This document shows positions 37,256 to 49,387 of a stretch of 64,000 nt of DNA, piece by piece. The notes beneath the pieces were generated by a model, which ran no database searches, had not been told where the DNA came from, and saw only the letters and a program-made list of their open reading frames with translations. Position 1 is the first letter of the stretch. Every line of letters starts with the position of its first letter. The position numbers and the translations under genes were made by a program. Source of the DNA: Oligoflexales bacterium (GTDB lineage: Bacteria > Bdellovibrionota_B > Oligoflexia > Oligoflexales > Bog-1112); contig JBGCEP010000026.1 in NCBI GenBank assembly GCA_045106415.1, positions 64,001 to 128,000 of the forward strand. Reading direction: 5' to 3'.

Positions 37256-39265
37256 ATGCTGGATTGGACTAAATTTAAAAATAGAGAGCTCTTTCGCCTT
37301 AGGACACTATGGTGGGCTGTTGGTACGTTTTTATTATGGTTTGGGGTCCTTTGTTTTTTAGTTTTTCATGACTTAGGTCAAGAAATTAACCGTAAGGTTT
37401 CAAGAACTTTGGAGTTTAGGGTTCGAGAGTTTTTAGGGGAAAGCCCTTCTAAGTCGAATCGAATTCGTATTCTTGGGTACGACGATCAATCATTTAGTAC
37501 ACAAGGAAAAGCTTATTTAAATTTGGAAGAATGGGCTGTTATTTTAGAAAAGATAGACGCTTATAATCCTAAGATGGTTTTGATAGATAAGATTTTTGCA
37601 ATTGGTGATTCCAATAAATATCAAGATGCTGTCCGTCGAATTCAAGCTTTGAAAACTCAGGTCGTCGTAGGGGCTTATGTGAGTCCTGGTGACATTGTTT
37701 TTCGTCCAAGACTTAATTTAGAGCGCCCATGGTATAGGTATCAAGACCATTTAAAAGACGCTGAGGGTGGGGAAAGTGTTTTTTCTGATCGTAGATCTTA
37801 TCAAGTTTATGGTCCTGCAGAAGAATTGCAGAGCGTTTTTCCTAAATCTGGTCATGTTTCTTATCCGGGTCATGGTGAGATTGAAGCGATTATGGCTTTG
37901 GGAGATGAAAAGCTTATTCGACACCTTGGTTTTTATACAGCTGACCAGTTAAGTAGTGATGGAACTGAACTTATTGTGAATGGGGTTCGTTTAGTTCCAG
38001 ATCAAGGTCGTTTGTTGATCAATATGAGCGATCCTAAGCATTATTATAAAGGTCTGAAGAGATTAGATATTTTATTGAGAGATGGCAGTCCAAAAGACTT
38101 GATTCATGAAGGTGATGTCGTTCTCATTTTGCCAAACATGTTTACTGGAGGGGCCGATTTTCATTTGACAGAATTTGGCTATGTTCCTGGTGGCCTTTTA
38201 GTAGCGGCTGTTATGAATAGTGTTTTAACAGGGCAGTGGCTGAAAAAAATATCTTTTGAACAATATGTGCCTTTGGTTGCGTGCGTTTTAGGAGGAGCTT
38301 TAGGTCTTTTAGCTCCTGTTTTTTGGTTTTGGGTTACTCTTGTTTTTATTTCTTTTTTTGTATTCTTTTTTGGTTTATGGAGTTTTACTTACATAGGTTG
38401 GGTTGTGCCTTGGCTATATACAAATTTAGGTTTTGTTGGGACAGCTGTCATGGTTTTAGCTGAAAGATCTCGTTATTCTGAAGCGCAGGCAAGTATGCTT
38501 AAGTTGGTTGAGTCTCAAAAGAAATATCTTGAAAAAGAAATTGCTGACGCAGCTGAAATGGCTATTGCTTATCGTCCTGATGATATCCCAGAATGGAATG
38601 GTTTTCATATTCAAGAATACCACCGGTCTTGTGATTCTGCGAGTGGTGATTGGTATGCTTTTGCTTCTGCAAAGGATAAAAAACTTTACCATTTTGTGAT
38701 GTGCGATATTACGGGCCATGGAGTGCAAGCTGCACTCGTTGTGTCCGCTTGTAAGACAGTCTTGAGTCAAATGAGAATTGCTGATGCCGATTTGTTTGAG
38801 AAAGAAGATTTCATTGTACATTATGCAGAATCTCTCAATAAGATATTGTATGAACAAGGCCAAGGGTTGCATAATACAACACTAGGTGGTGTCACTTTTG
38901 ATCCAGAAGAACAACAGCTTTATCTTATGACGTGTGGCCACCCATGGCCGCTGTATAGGCAAGCTTCTAATTTTCAAAACCTTCCTCGAGCTTTAAAACA
39001 TCCATTAAATCGAATTGGTGACGAAAGTGACTTCCAGTGTTCTTTAAAATCATACCCTTTTCGGCCAGGTGATGAACTTTTGGTTTACACAGATGGCGTC
39101 CCGCTGTCAGAAAATCGTAGAATTTTAAAAAAGCATGGACCTTTGTCTCGAGAGAAAATGGCAAAACAAATTGTGCAAGAAGCTACTCAGGCTGAAATAA
39201 AAAAACAAGGATCGAGTTTGGTTCCTGATGACATCAGTCTGGTTTGGTTCTCATATCAACCATAG
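37256..39265 (+). CDS. CHASE2-domain membrane sensor with SpoIIE/PP2C phosphatase
   Basis: CHASE2-like periplasmic region ending in VPGGLLVA..NS; three or four transmembrane segments; SGDWY, CDITGHGV, YTDGV and DDISLV. Confidence 0.85.
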   Translation: MLDWTKFKNRELFRLRTLWWAVGTFLLWFGVLCFLVFHDLGQEINRKVSRTLEFRVREFLGESPSKSNRIRILGYDDQSFSTQGKAYLNLEEWAVILEKIDAYNPKMVLIDKIFAIGDSNKYQDAVRRIQALKTQVVVGAYVSPGDIVFRPRLNLERPWYRYQDHLKDAEGGESVFSDRRSYQVYGPAEELQSVFPKSGHVSYPGHGEIEAIMALGDEKLIRHLGFYTADQLSSDGTELIVNGVRLVPDQGRLLINMSDPKHYYKGLKRLDILLRDGSPKDLIHEGDVVLILPNMFTGGADFHLTEFGYVPGGLLVAAVMNSVLTGQWLKKISFEQYVPLVACVLGGALGLLAPVFWFWVTLVFISFFVFFFGLWSFTYIGWVVPWLYTNLGFVGTAVMVLAERSRYSEAQASMLKLVESQKKYLEKEIADAAEMAIAYRPDDIPEWNGFHIQEYHRSCDSASGDWYAFASAKDKKLYHFVMCDITGHGVQAALVVSACKTVLSQMRIADADLFEKEDFIVHYAESLNKILYEQGQGLHNTTLGGVTFDPEEQQLYLMTCGHPWPLYRQASNFQNLPRALKHPLNRIGDESDFQCSLKSYPFRPGDELLVYTDGVPLSENRRILKKHGPLSREKMAKQIVQEATQAEIKKQGSSLVPDDISLVWFSYQP

Positions 39266-39337
39266 AAACTTCAACAATAGTTTTTTAGAGCATTCTGGTT
39301 TTGTCTGACTAGACGCTGAGCTTTGCTTCCAGTAAGG

Positions 39338-39356
39338 TGAATGAGTTCACCAGTCA
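39338..39356. promoter_or_regulatory. Possible TetR-type operator upstream of fadBA
   Basis: Imperfect palindrome TGAATGAGTTCACCAGTCA, about 60 nt before the fadB start. Confidence 0.25.
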
Positions 39357-39413
39357 AGTTTTAATACCTGCATTGTGCTGTGTGATTCTGTAGGTCTCAA
39401 ACAAGAGGACACC

Positions 39414-42739
<3,326 letters not shown>

Positions 42740-42741
<2 letters not shown>

Positions 42742-42784
42742 GAATAAGAATAACCTCTCGGATTGAGAGGTTATTCTTATTCTT
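42740..42784. terminator. Bidirectional hairpin terminator between convergent genes
   Basis: 20-bp perfect inverted repeat AAGAATAAGAATAACCTCTC-ggatt-GAGAGGTTATTCTTATTCTT. Confidence 0.8.
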
Positions 42785-44186
42785 TTTTCTTGGGGTTGTG
42801 AGCCTCTGTCCACGGAGAACCTAAAATGCGGGCTAGAGCATCAGCAACATTTTTGTGATAGAGATATTCGAAATGTGAGATTTGTTCCATGGGAACAGGG
42901 GTTACATTATGTTTTTTGTGCAATGGTTTAAAGACAGCAGCTTGTCCTCGTGTGACTTTATCTTTGGAAGAATGCATGCAGTAAATTTCGAGGTGATCTG
43001 GGATATGAGATGTGTGAATCTCACGTAAAAGGTTTGATTTTGGTCGCATTTGCCACATATCTCTCCAAAACAAACCTAGAGGGGTCATTAAGGCAAGCCA
43101 TGTGAGGCGCGTTCCCTCAAAAGGGGTGCCCATTGTTATTATTTTTTTGCAATATCGATGCCCCCCTAACCTTAAAAGCCACCACATTGCGACTAAGCCA
43201 CCTTTGGAGTAAGCGACAATGTGAATTTTATCGAAATTGCAGCGTTTGAACTGCCGATGAAGCTTCGTGTCAATAAATTGAGCTGTTTCTGTGATCCCAC
43301 GTGTAAAGAAAACACCTAACAAGCCACCAAGATTAAATGAAATAACTTCAAATCCACGTGTGGAGAGTTGTTTTTCTAGAACAGTGAGTGCTCGTCTAGA
43401 AGAGAAAAATCCATAGACAAGTAAGACTGGCACTTTTCTTGTGTCGAGGCTATGTCGTTTTATAATGTCATTATTGATACGTATTTCATCAGTGATTTCT
43501 CGCCACATGGCTTTGACTCGAGCCCAAAAGCTTTTCCCGTGTCGTCTTGAAACATACTCAAGAACGACACACGGGACAGCAAAAACAGCTGTGAAAACTA
43601 GTAGAATAGCGGTGAGCTCACTTGCTGTTGTTTCCTTGGTGCCTAAAAATGTCACAAGAAAAACTTCAGGAGCTATGCCAATAAGACTCATGATGACAAT
43701 CATTCGCCAACGAAAATCAAGAACACCAAATAAAAATGTACAAGGATCAAAGGGCATAAAAGGGAGTAATCTACAAAGAACAATGATTTTCCAATCCTGT
43801 GAACGGATGAATCTAGAGGTCTGAGGTAGGTTTATGTGGAGCCAGGGCTTAACAATCATTCTTCCGACTGTTTTTCCTAATAGGTATACAGGAATGACAG
43901 AAACAGCTGTTCCAGCGATAGCTAGTATGCCTCCAAAAACTGGCCCCCATGCTTTCCCAGCCATGAGCGTTGTAACAGAAACAGGTATCAAAATAAAAGG
44001 ACGGAATGCTGACATCATGATCCAGTGTGATATGGATATCCCTTCGGCTTTAAAGCATTCTGCAAGTGGCCCTCCGCATACAGAGTTTACAAACCAACTT
44101 GCAACGAAAATGCCAACACAAACCAGCAGGGCTTCAATAATGAGCACTGTGCGAAGTTGACGGAGGTAGCTATAGGATCTTGCCAT
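42777..44186 (-). CDS. TVP38/VTT (DedA superfamily) membrane domain fused to an alpha/beta-hydrolase (lipase-like) domain
   Basis: N-half: RPFILIP, AGKAWGPVFG and RLLPFMPFD. C-half: PVLLVYGF, IVAYSKGG, ITMGTPFEGT, SSKDKV and ISHFEYL. Confidence 0.8.
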   Translation of the reverse strand: MARSYSYLRQLRTVLIIEALLVCVGIFVASWFVNSVCGGPLAECFKAEGISISHWIMMSAFRPFILIPVSVTTLMAGKAWGPVFGGILAIAGTAVSVIPVYLLGKTVGRMIVKPWLHINLPQTSRFIRSQDWKIIVLCRLLPFMPFDPCTFLFGVLDFRWRMIVIMSLIGIAPEVFLVTFLGTKETTASELTAILLVFTAVFAVPCVVLEYVSRRHGKSFWARVKAMWREITDEIRINNDIIKRHSLDTRKVPVLLVYGFFSSRRALTVLEKQLSTRGFEVISFNLGGLLGVFFTRGITETAQFIDTKLHRQFKRCNFDKIHIVAYSKGGLVAMWWLLRLGGHRYCKKIITMGTPFEGTRLTWLALMTPLGLFWRDMWQMRPKSNLLREIHTSHIPDHLEIYCMHSSKDKVTRGQAAVFKPLHKKHNVTPVPMEQISHFEYLYHKNVADALARILGSPWTEAHNPKKKE

Positions 44187-44281
44187 GACAACCTTATGTT
44201 GATCATAATTAATGGTAACAAAGAATGGTACAAATTGATGAGCCTTGAAGAGTGAAAGATTGTTTTAGAAGGAAGGTGGTC

Positions 44282-44911
44282 TTGATAAAAACCTTTAATA
44301 TAATTAGTGTTTTTTTGTTTTTGATCTTTCAGCAATATTTTTTTGTGGTCTTAGAAGCAGCACAGAGTCGTCAAAATTTGCAGTCCCGTCTACTACAGGT
44401 ATCGAATGAACTTTTATCACTTGGAGCTGTTTCTTATGTTTATGGTGGTCACCGTGTCGGGGACGATCGCCAATGTAAAGAGTGTCAATCTTGCTTGGGT
44501 GAAAAAAAACCAAAACCTAAGCAAAGATTAAAAGTTTGCGCATCATGTTTACACTGCAGTCTAGATTGTAGTCATTTTGTTCAACTGGTTTATGAAAAAT
44601 CTGGGATGCCTTTTCCATATTTAACAACTCAAGTCATGCGAGAAGCACCTCCTCATGTTTTAAGGCGTTACAAATTGGTGGATTTAGGAGTGCGCCTGCA
44701 AGTGGCTCAGCCGGGTGATCTTCTTGTTTATCTCAACCATGTCGTGATGTTAGAGAGGGTGACCCAGTCAGAAAGAGGAGATGTGATTCATGCTACAGGA
44801 GGTCGAGACCTTAAGGGGCCAGGGCATGGTATTCAGCGAGAACGTTCCGTGCCGTTAAGATCCTTTCGTGGGCCGTTACTTAAAATATTAAGACATCAGA
44901 GGCTTTTATAA
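44282..44911 (+). CDS. NlpC/P60-family cysteine peptidase with Cys-rich insertion
   Basis: YVYGG, LDCSHFVQLVY, QPGDLL, NHVVM and VIHA; signal-like N-terminus; start is uncertain (44252 or 44282). Confidence 0.8.
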   Translation: MIKTFNIISVFLFLIFQQYFFVVLEAAQSRQNLQSRLLQVSNELLSLGAVSYVYGGHRVGDDRQCKECQSCLGEKKPKPKQRLKVCASCLHCSLDCSHFVQLVYEKSGMPFPYLTTQVMREAPPHVLRRYKLVDLGVRLQVAQPGDLLVYLNHVVMLERVTQSERGDVIHATGGRDLKGPGHGIQRERSVPLRSFRGPLLKILRHQRLL

Positions 44912-45018
44912 GGTGCTTTGTACTGAAAGTTCTAGAAACAGTTCAGCTCCTCAGTTATGCTGGCAGGAATCAAGAGGTCTAGAGGCCTAAAGTATGAGCG
45001 AAAAGGACAAGAAAAGTT

Positions 45019-45582
45019 ATGTATAATACAACAGATTTCCGTAAAGGTCTTAAAATTGACTATAAAGATCAAGCTTGGTCTATTGTTGAGTTTCAGCACG
45101 TGAATCCGGGTAAGGGTTCAGCATTTGTGAGGACTCGATTAAAAAACCTTGAGACTTCACGTGTTCTTGAGGTGACTTTTAAAGCGGGCGTGGATCGTGT
45201 CGGCATTCCAGATGTTCAAACTGTTCCTATGATGTATCTCTATAACGACGGTGGCAGCTATGTCTTTATGGACCAAGAAACATATGATCAAGTCAACTTA
45301 TCCGAAAGTGATGTTGATGAGGCAAAGTATTATCTTATTGAAAACGCTCTAGTGAGAGTCACGCGTTATAAAGGGAAAGCTGTTGCTATTGAGGTTGATA
45401 ACTTTGTAGAGTTAGCTGTGAAGGAAACGCAGCCTAATATCAAGGGAGACACTTCATCAGGAGGTGGAAAGCCTGCAACAACGGTGACAGGGTTGACTTT
45501 GAGTGTTCCTTTCCACATTAACGAAGGTGATGTGTTAAAAATTGACACAAGAACAAATAAGTACATCGAAAAGGTGAAATAG
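45019..45582 (+). CDS. efp: Elongation factor P
   Basis: FQHVNPGKGSAFVRTRLKN, KGDTSSGGGKPA and VPFHINEGD.LKIDTR. Confidence 0.97.
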   Translation: MYNTTDFRKGLKIDYKDQAWSIVEFQHVNPGKGSAFVRTRLKNLETSRVLEVTFKAGVDRVGIPDVQTVPMMYLYNDGGSYVFMDQETYDQVNLSESDVDEAKYYLIENALVRVTRYKGKAVAIEVDNFVELAVKETQPNIKGDTSSGGGKPATTVTGLTLSVPFHINEGDVLKIDTRTNKYIEKVK

Positions 45583-45583
45583 T

Positions 45584-46015
45584 ATGGATACGGAACATCT
45601 GGAAAGCTTGATGAAGCTTATGCGTAGTCATGGTGTTGTAGAGCTAGAGCTGGGGCAAGGTGAAAACCACACTCGTATTCGACTTGCTGAAGCACTCCAG
45701 ACGGTTCCGTTAACACAACAAGTTGTATCGTCAGCTGTAGCGTCGTCACAGGCTTCATCTGCTGCGGATGACCAACTAAGCCATGTGAAATCTCCATTTG
45801 TGGGAACTTTTTACGTGGCTCCTAGCCCTGGTGTAAAACCTTATGTTGGAATTGGTGATAAAGTTCATAAAGGTCAGGTTCTTTGTATTGTCGAAGCGAT
45901 GAAGCTGATGAATGAAATTAAAGCTGAGTGTGATGGTGTGATTCGGAAAATTTTTGTTGAGAATGAAGATCCTGTTGAATTTGAGCAATCTTTATTTGGT
46001 ATTGATCCGACTTAG
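45584..46015 (+). CDS. accB: Acetyl-CoA carboxylase biotin carboxyl carrier protein
   Basis: SPFVGTFYVAPSP and EAMKLMNEI biotinylation motif. Confidence 0.96.
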   Translation: MDTEHLESLMKLMRSHGVVELELGQGENHTRIRLAEALQTVPLTQQVVSSAVASSQASSAADDQLSHVKSPFVGTFYVAPSPGVKPYVGIGDKVHKGQVLCIVEAMKLMNEIKAECDGVIRKIFVENEDPVEFEQSLFGIDPT

Positions 46016-46038
46016 CTTTATAGGCTGTGAAAAATTTG

Positions 46039-46078
46039 AAAACCTCTTTATTCCATGCTTTGAATAGAGAGGTTTTTT
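46039..46078 (+). terminator. Intrinsic terminator between accB and accC
   Basis: AAAACCTCTTTATTC-catgcttt-GAATAGAGAGGTTTT followed by more T. Confidence 0.65.
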
Positions 46079-46255
46079 GCATCTACATGTTTTTTGTTAC
46101 GCGTTTTGATATGACGATTTTAAGGTTTATGTTTTTGTATTATGTTGAAATGGTCATTTTCTTTTTAAGAAAGCTTAAATCGATTTCTTTGAAGTGATAA
46201 CCTGCTATAAATGATCATAAGTAGATTGAAAATTTTTACAGTAGCTGGAGTCGTT

Positions 46256-47602
46256 TTGAAAAAAATTCTTATTGCTAACAGAGGTGAAGTCGCAGTACGG
46301 ATCACGCGGGCTTGCCGTGAGCTGGGTTATGAAGTTGTCGCTGTTTACTCCGCAGCAGATAGAGATTCTTTACATGCTAAATTAGCTGATCAAAGCTTAT
46401 GTATTGGGCCAGGCCCGAGTGCTGAGAGTTATCTTGATATTGCTCGTGTTATGGCAGCTGTTGAATTGTCTGGGGCAGATGCGATTCATCCGGGATATGG
46501 ATTTTTATCTGAGAATGCAGACTTTGCAGAGGTGTGTGAAACACATCAGTTGAATTTTATTGGTCCATCCTCTGAACATATCCGACTTTTAGGGGATAAA
46601 ATTTCAGCGAGAAGGCTAGCGCAAGAATTAGAGATTCCATTACTGCCTGGAAGTTTGGGTCCTGTAGAACATGGACAACTGCATGAAGAAGCTGAAAAAA
46701 TTGGCTATCCACTGATTTTAAAAGCAGCTGCGGGTGGTGGTGGTCGAGGTATGAAGGTTGTCGCGAAGCAGGAAGATCTTGAACGTTCATATGAAACAGC
46801 CAGAGCTGAAGCGATGGTTGCGTTTGGATCGAATGAATGCTTTATGGAGCGCTACCTACCGGCTCCAAGACATATTGAAGTCCAAGTGATCGGTGATGGA
46901 CAAGGTGGATGTGTTGTCTTAGGGGAAAGGGATTGCAGTCTACAGAGACGCCATCAAAAACTCATGGAAGAAGCTCCGAGTCCGGCCTTAAATGAAGAAC
47001 AGCGAGAACGGGTTTATGAACTTGCGTGTCGTTTTATAAAGAAAACTCATTATCGTTCTTTGGGGACTGTTGAATTTCTTTATCAAGATGATCAATTTTA
47101 TTTTATGGAAATTAACCCACGTTTGCAGGTAGAGCACCCTGTGACGGAAATGATTTATGGTATTGATCTGGTAAAATATCAATTGCAGCTTGCAGCTGGT
47201 TTAGGTCTTGGAGATCTGGCAGAAGCTCAACCACGTGGTCATTCAATTGAGTGCCGTTTGAATGCAGAGGATCCTTTTCGGATGTTGCCGTCACCTGGTC
47301 TTATTAAAGAGTGGTATGTTCCTGGGGGTCCTGGAGTACGGATGGATAGTATGGTCTACTCTGGTTATCGTGTCCCTTATCTTTACGATTCTTTGTTGGG
47401 TAAGCTTATTGTTTGGGGCAAAGATAGAGAAGAGGCTTGTCGCCGGATGGAAAGAGGCTTAAGTGAATTAAAAGTCGATGGAGTCCAAACGAACGCTGAG
47501 CTGCATAGAGAAATTATGGCTGAGCCCGTTTTTCAAAAAGGTGAAGTCACAACAAGATTTTTGGATGATTTTTTAGAGCGACGGCTTAAAAAAACATCAT
47601 AA
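46256..47602 (+). CDS. accC: Biotin carboxylase
   Basis: KILIANRGEVA, HPGYGFLSEN, GGGGRGM, ERDCSLQRRHQK and RLQVEHPVTE; GGAG before TTG 46256. Confidence 0.95.
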   Translation: MKKILIANRGEVAVRITRACRELGYEVVAVYSAADRDSLHAKLADQSLCIGPGPSAESYLDIARVMAAVELSGADAIHPGYGFLSENADFAEVCETHQLNFIGPSSEHIRLLGDKISARRLAQELEIPLLPGSLGPVEHGQLHEEAEKIGYPLILKAAAGGGGRGMKVVAKQEDLERSYETARAEAMVAFGSNECFMERYLPAPRHIEVQVIGDGQGGCVVLGERDCSLQRRHQKLMEEAPSPALNEEQRERVYELACRFIKKTHYRSLGTVEFLYQDDQFYFMEINPRLQVEHPVTEMIYGIDLVKYQLQLAAGLGLGDLAEAQPRGHSIECRLNAEDPFRMLPSPGLIKEWYVPGGPGVRMDSMVYSGYRVPYLYDSLLGKLIVWGKDREEACRRMERGLSELKVDGVQTNAELHREIMAEPVFQKGEVTTRFLDDFLERRLKKTS

Positions 47603-47628
47603 TTATGACTTTTTGATAGGGTTTTTAT

Positions 47629-49212
47629 ATGGAGCTTGCAGGCTTAAAAAATATCTTAGACCTTATTCACAAAAACCCTGCTCAGACTATGTTACGGGAA
47701 CGTTTTCTAGTTTTGCTTTTTGAATTAGAGGATGAAGAGAAATTAGTATGGATAAAAGCTCTTGCTGAGACATTACGACCTGTCGATCCTAAAGAATCTT
47801 TAAAACTTGCTTATATGATTTATCAGCATAGTCCAGATCGTCTTCAACTAGATTTTCTTGCTGATTGCTTAGAAACTTTAGGGCGTAAAGAGGTTGCTCA
47901 TGAGGTCCGTTCTCATATCAAGCATGTTGATGTGCAGCTTAGTGAGGGTGAAGATACAGTTGCTCATCAGGATGTAGCACAACTTTATTTTGAACCTCAG
48001 AAAGAGCAAGAAGCGTTTAAAATTGAACAGTCAGAGAAACGGCAAAAAACTGAACAGTTGCAAAAATCACAAGAATCTTTTTTGGAAGAAGAGGTTCTTC
48101 CTAAGTCGAAATTTATTCTTGAATCCTTTTCTAGTGCTCGTTCGTTTTCTGAAGGTCAAAATGATAAAACGGAATTGTTAAAAGGATCTGATGCTGAAAA
48201 CGAAATTAGTGATGAAAACCATGATCCTTTAGGGCTTTTGCAGGATGTGAAAGATTTTGAGCCTCCAAAAAATTCTCTTTCAGAAGAATTAGCAGAAATG
48301 CAATTATCTCCTATGTCGGTGGAGCATGCATTTGAAAAATCAATTTATGACGGTATCGAGCACATAGCGAAAGCTGAAGTTGATGTAGGACAAAAGCAAA
48401 GACAAGAACATGCGGATGGAAATGTTTTGGTGAGTGAGGGAGTGTTTGCTAATGGAGGTTCTTTTCATGAAGAACTTGCGACGCAAGCACTTTCTGAAGA
48501 CAGTCATGCACCAGAAAAAGATTTTGCTGAGGAGCTTGTTTTATCTAGTGACAGAGTTGAGGATAGCTTTGTGAGTGAGGTTCCTGCGTCTGATGTCGTG
48601 ATGACCTCTTCTAGCTTTGTTGATGAAGATTTTAGTCAGGATCAACTGTCCCTTGAGAAAGTTCAAATAGATATTTTCGATCCCTTTGTTGTTAAATTTC
48701 ATGACACTTTAGAGTTTCAAGGTGCTATGCAGAGTCTTCTTGTTGGTTATGATACTCGTCTTTTTGAAAAAAACAGAAACGGGCTGTCTGAGTCTTCTGC
48801 AGACGAGTGGTCAGATGTTTTTTATCAAGACCTTTTGGAGTATGTTCAACAAGATGATGAAAGCGTTGATTGTTTGGTTTTCGCATTGTTTGATCACCAT
48901 CGTTCTTTGTCCCTAGCAAAACTTCTTGATGAAAGTGGTTTATGGGGAGTGGATGCATCTTATTTTGGTTTATACCTTGATAGTTTACTGGCAGCAGGAG
49001 CGGCAAGGCGCGCTTTAGTGATGATTCAGTACAAAACAAATGCAGAAAGTTCTGATGAGTGGATCGTCGTTTGCCAGAGGCGTCTACCGGAGGTTTGGGA
49101 TCAGCTCGGTGTGCGTGGCCCATCAGACCTTGATAAACTCCCTCGGGAAAAATTCATTGAAATTGTGCAACAAAGGCAAAGGCCAACTTGGAAAGGCGTG
49201 CTCTCCTTTTAA
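47629..49212 (+). CDS. Hypothetical acidic protein (helical termini, disordered centre)
   Basis: 527-aa ORF with an E/S/D-rich middle; no recognised motif. Confidence 0.75.
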   Translation: MELAGLKNILDLIHKNPAQTMLRERFLVLLFELEDEEKLVWIKALAETLRPVDPKESLKLAYMIYQHSPDRLQLDFLADCLETLGRKEVAHEVRSHIKHVDVQLSEGEDTVAHQDVAQLYFEPQKEQEAFKIEQSEKRQKTEQLQKSQESFLEEEVLPKSKFILESFSSARSFSEGQNDKTELLKGSDAENEISDENHDPLGLLQDVKDFEPPKNSLSEELAEMQLSPMSVEHAFEKSIYDGIEHIAKAEVDVGQKQRQEHADGNVLVSEGVFANGGSFHEELATQALSEDSHAPEKDFAEELVLSSDRVEDSFVSEVPASDVVMTSSSFVDEDFSQDQLSLEKVQIDIFDPFVVKFHDTLEFQGAMQSLLVGYDTRLFEKNRNGLSESSADEWSDVFYQDLLEYVQQDDESVDCLVFALFDHHRSLSLAKLLDESGLWGVDASYFGLYLDSLLAAGAARRALVMIQYKTNAESSDEWIVVCQRRLPEVWDQLGVRGPSDLDKLPREKFIEIVQQRQRPTWKGVLSF

Positions 49213-49387
49213 ATATTAAACTCACATGAGGTTGAAATGACCTCCTTTGTGACGAGTCACTAAATGATTTTTTTGAAATGGTTTAATAATTGTTGTGATC
49301 TTGGTAGGATGGCCTGTAAGGTGTGGAACTCTCTTTAAGAAGAGTGAGTGACTCGATCCCTTATGACTTTGATTATCTGGAGGAAAC

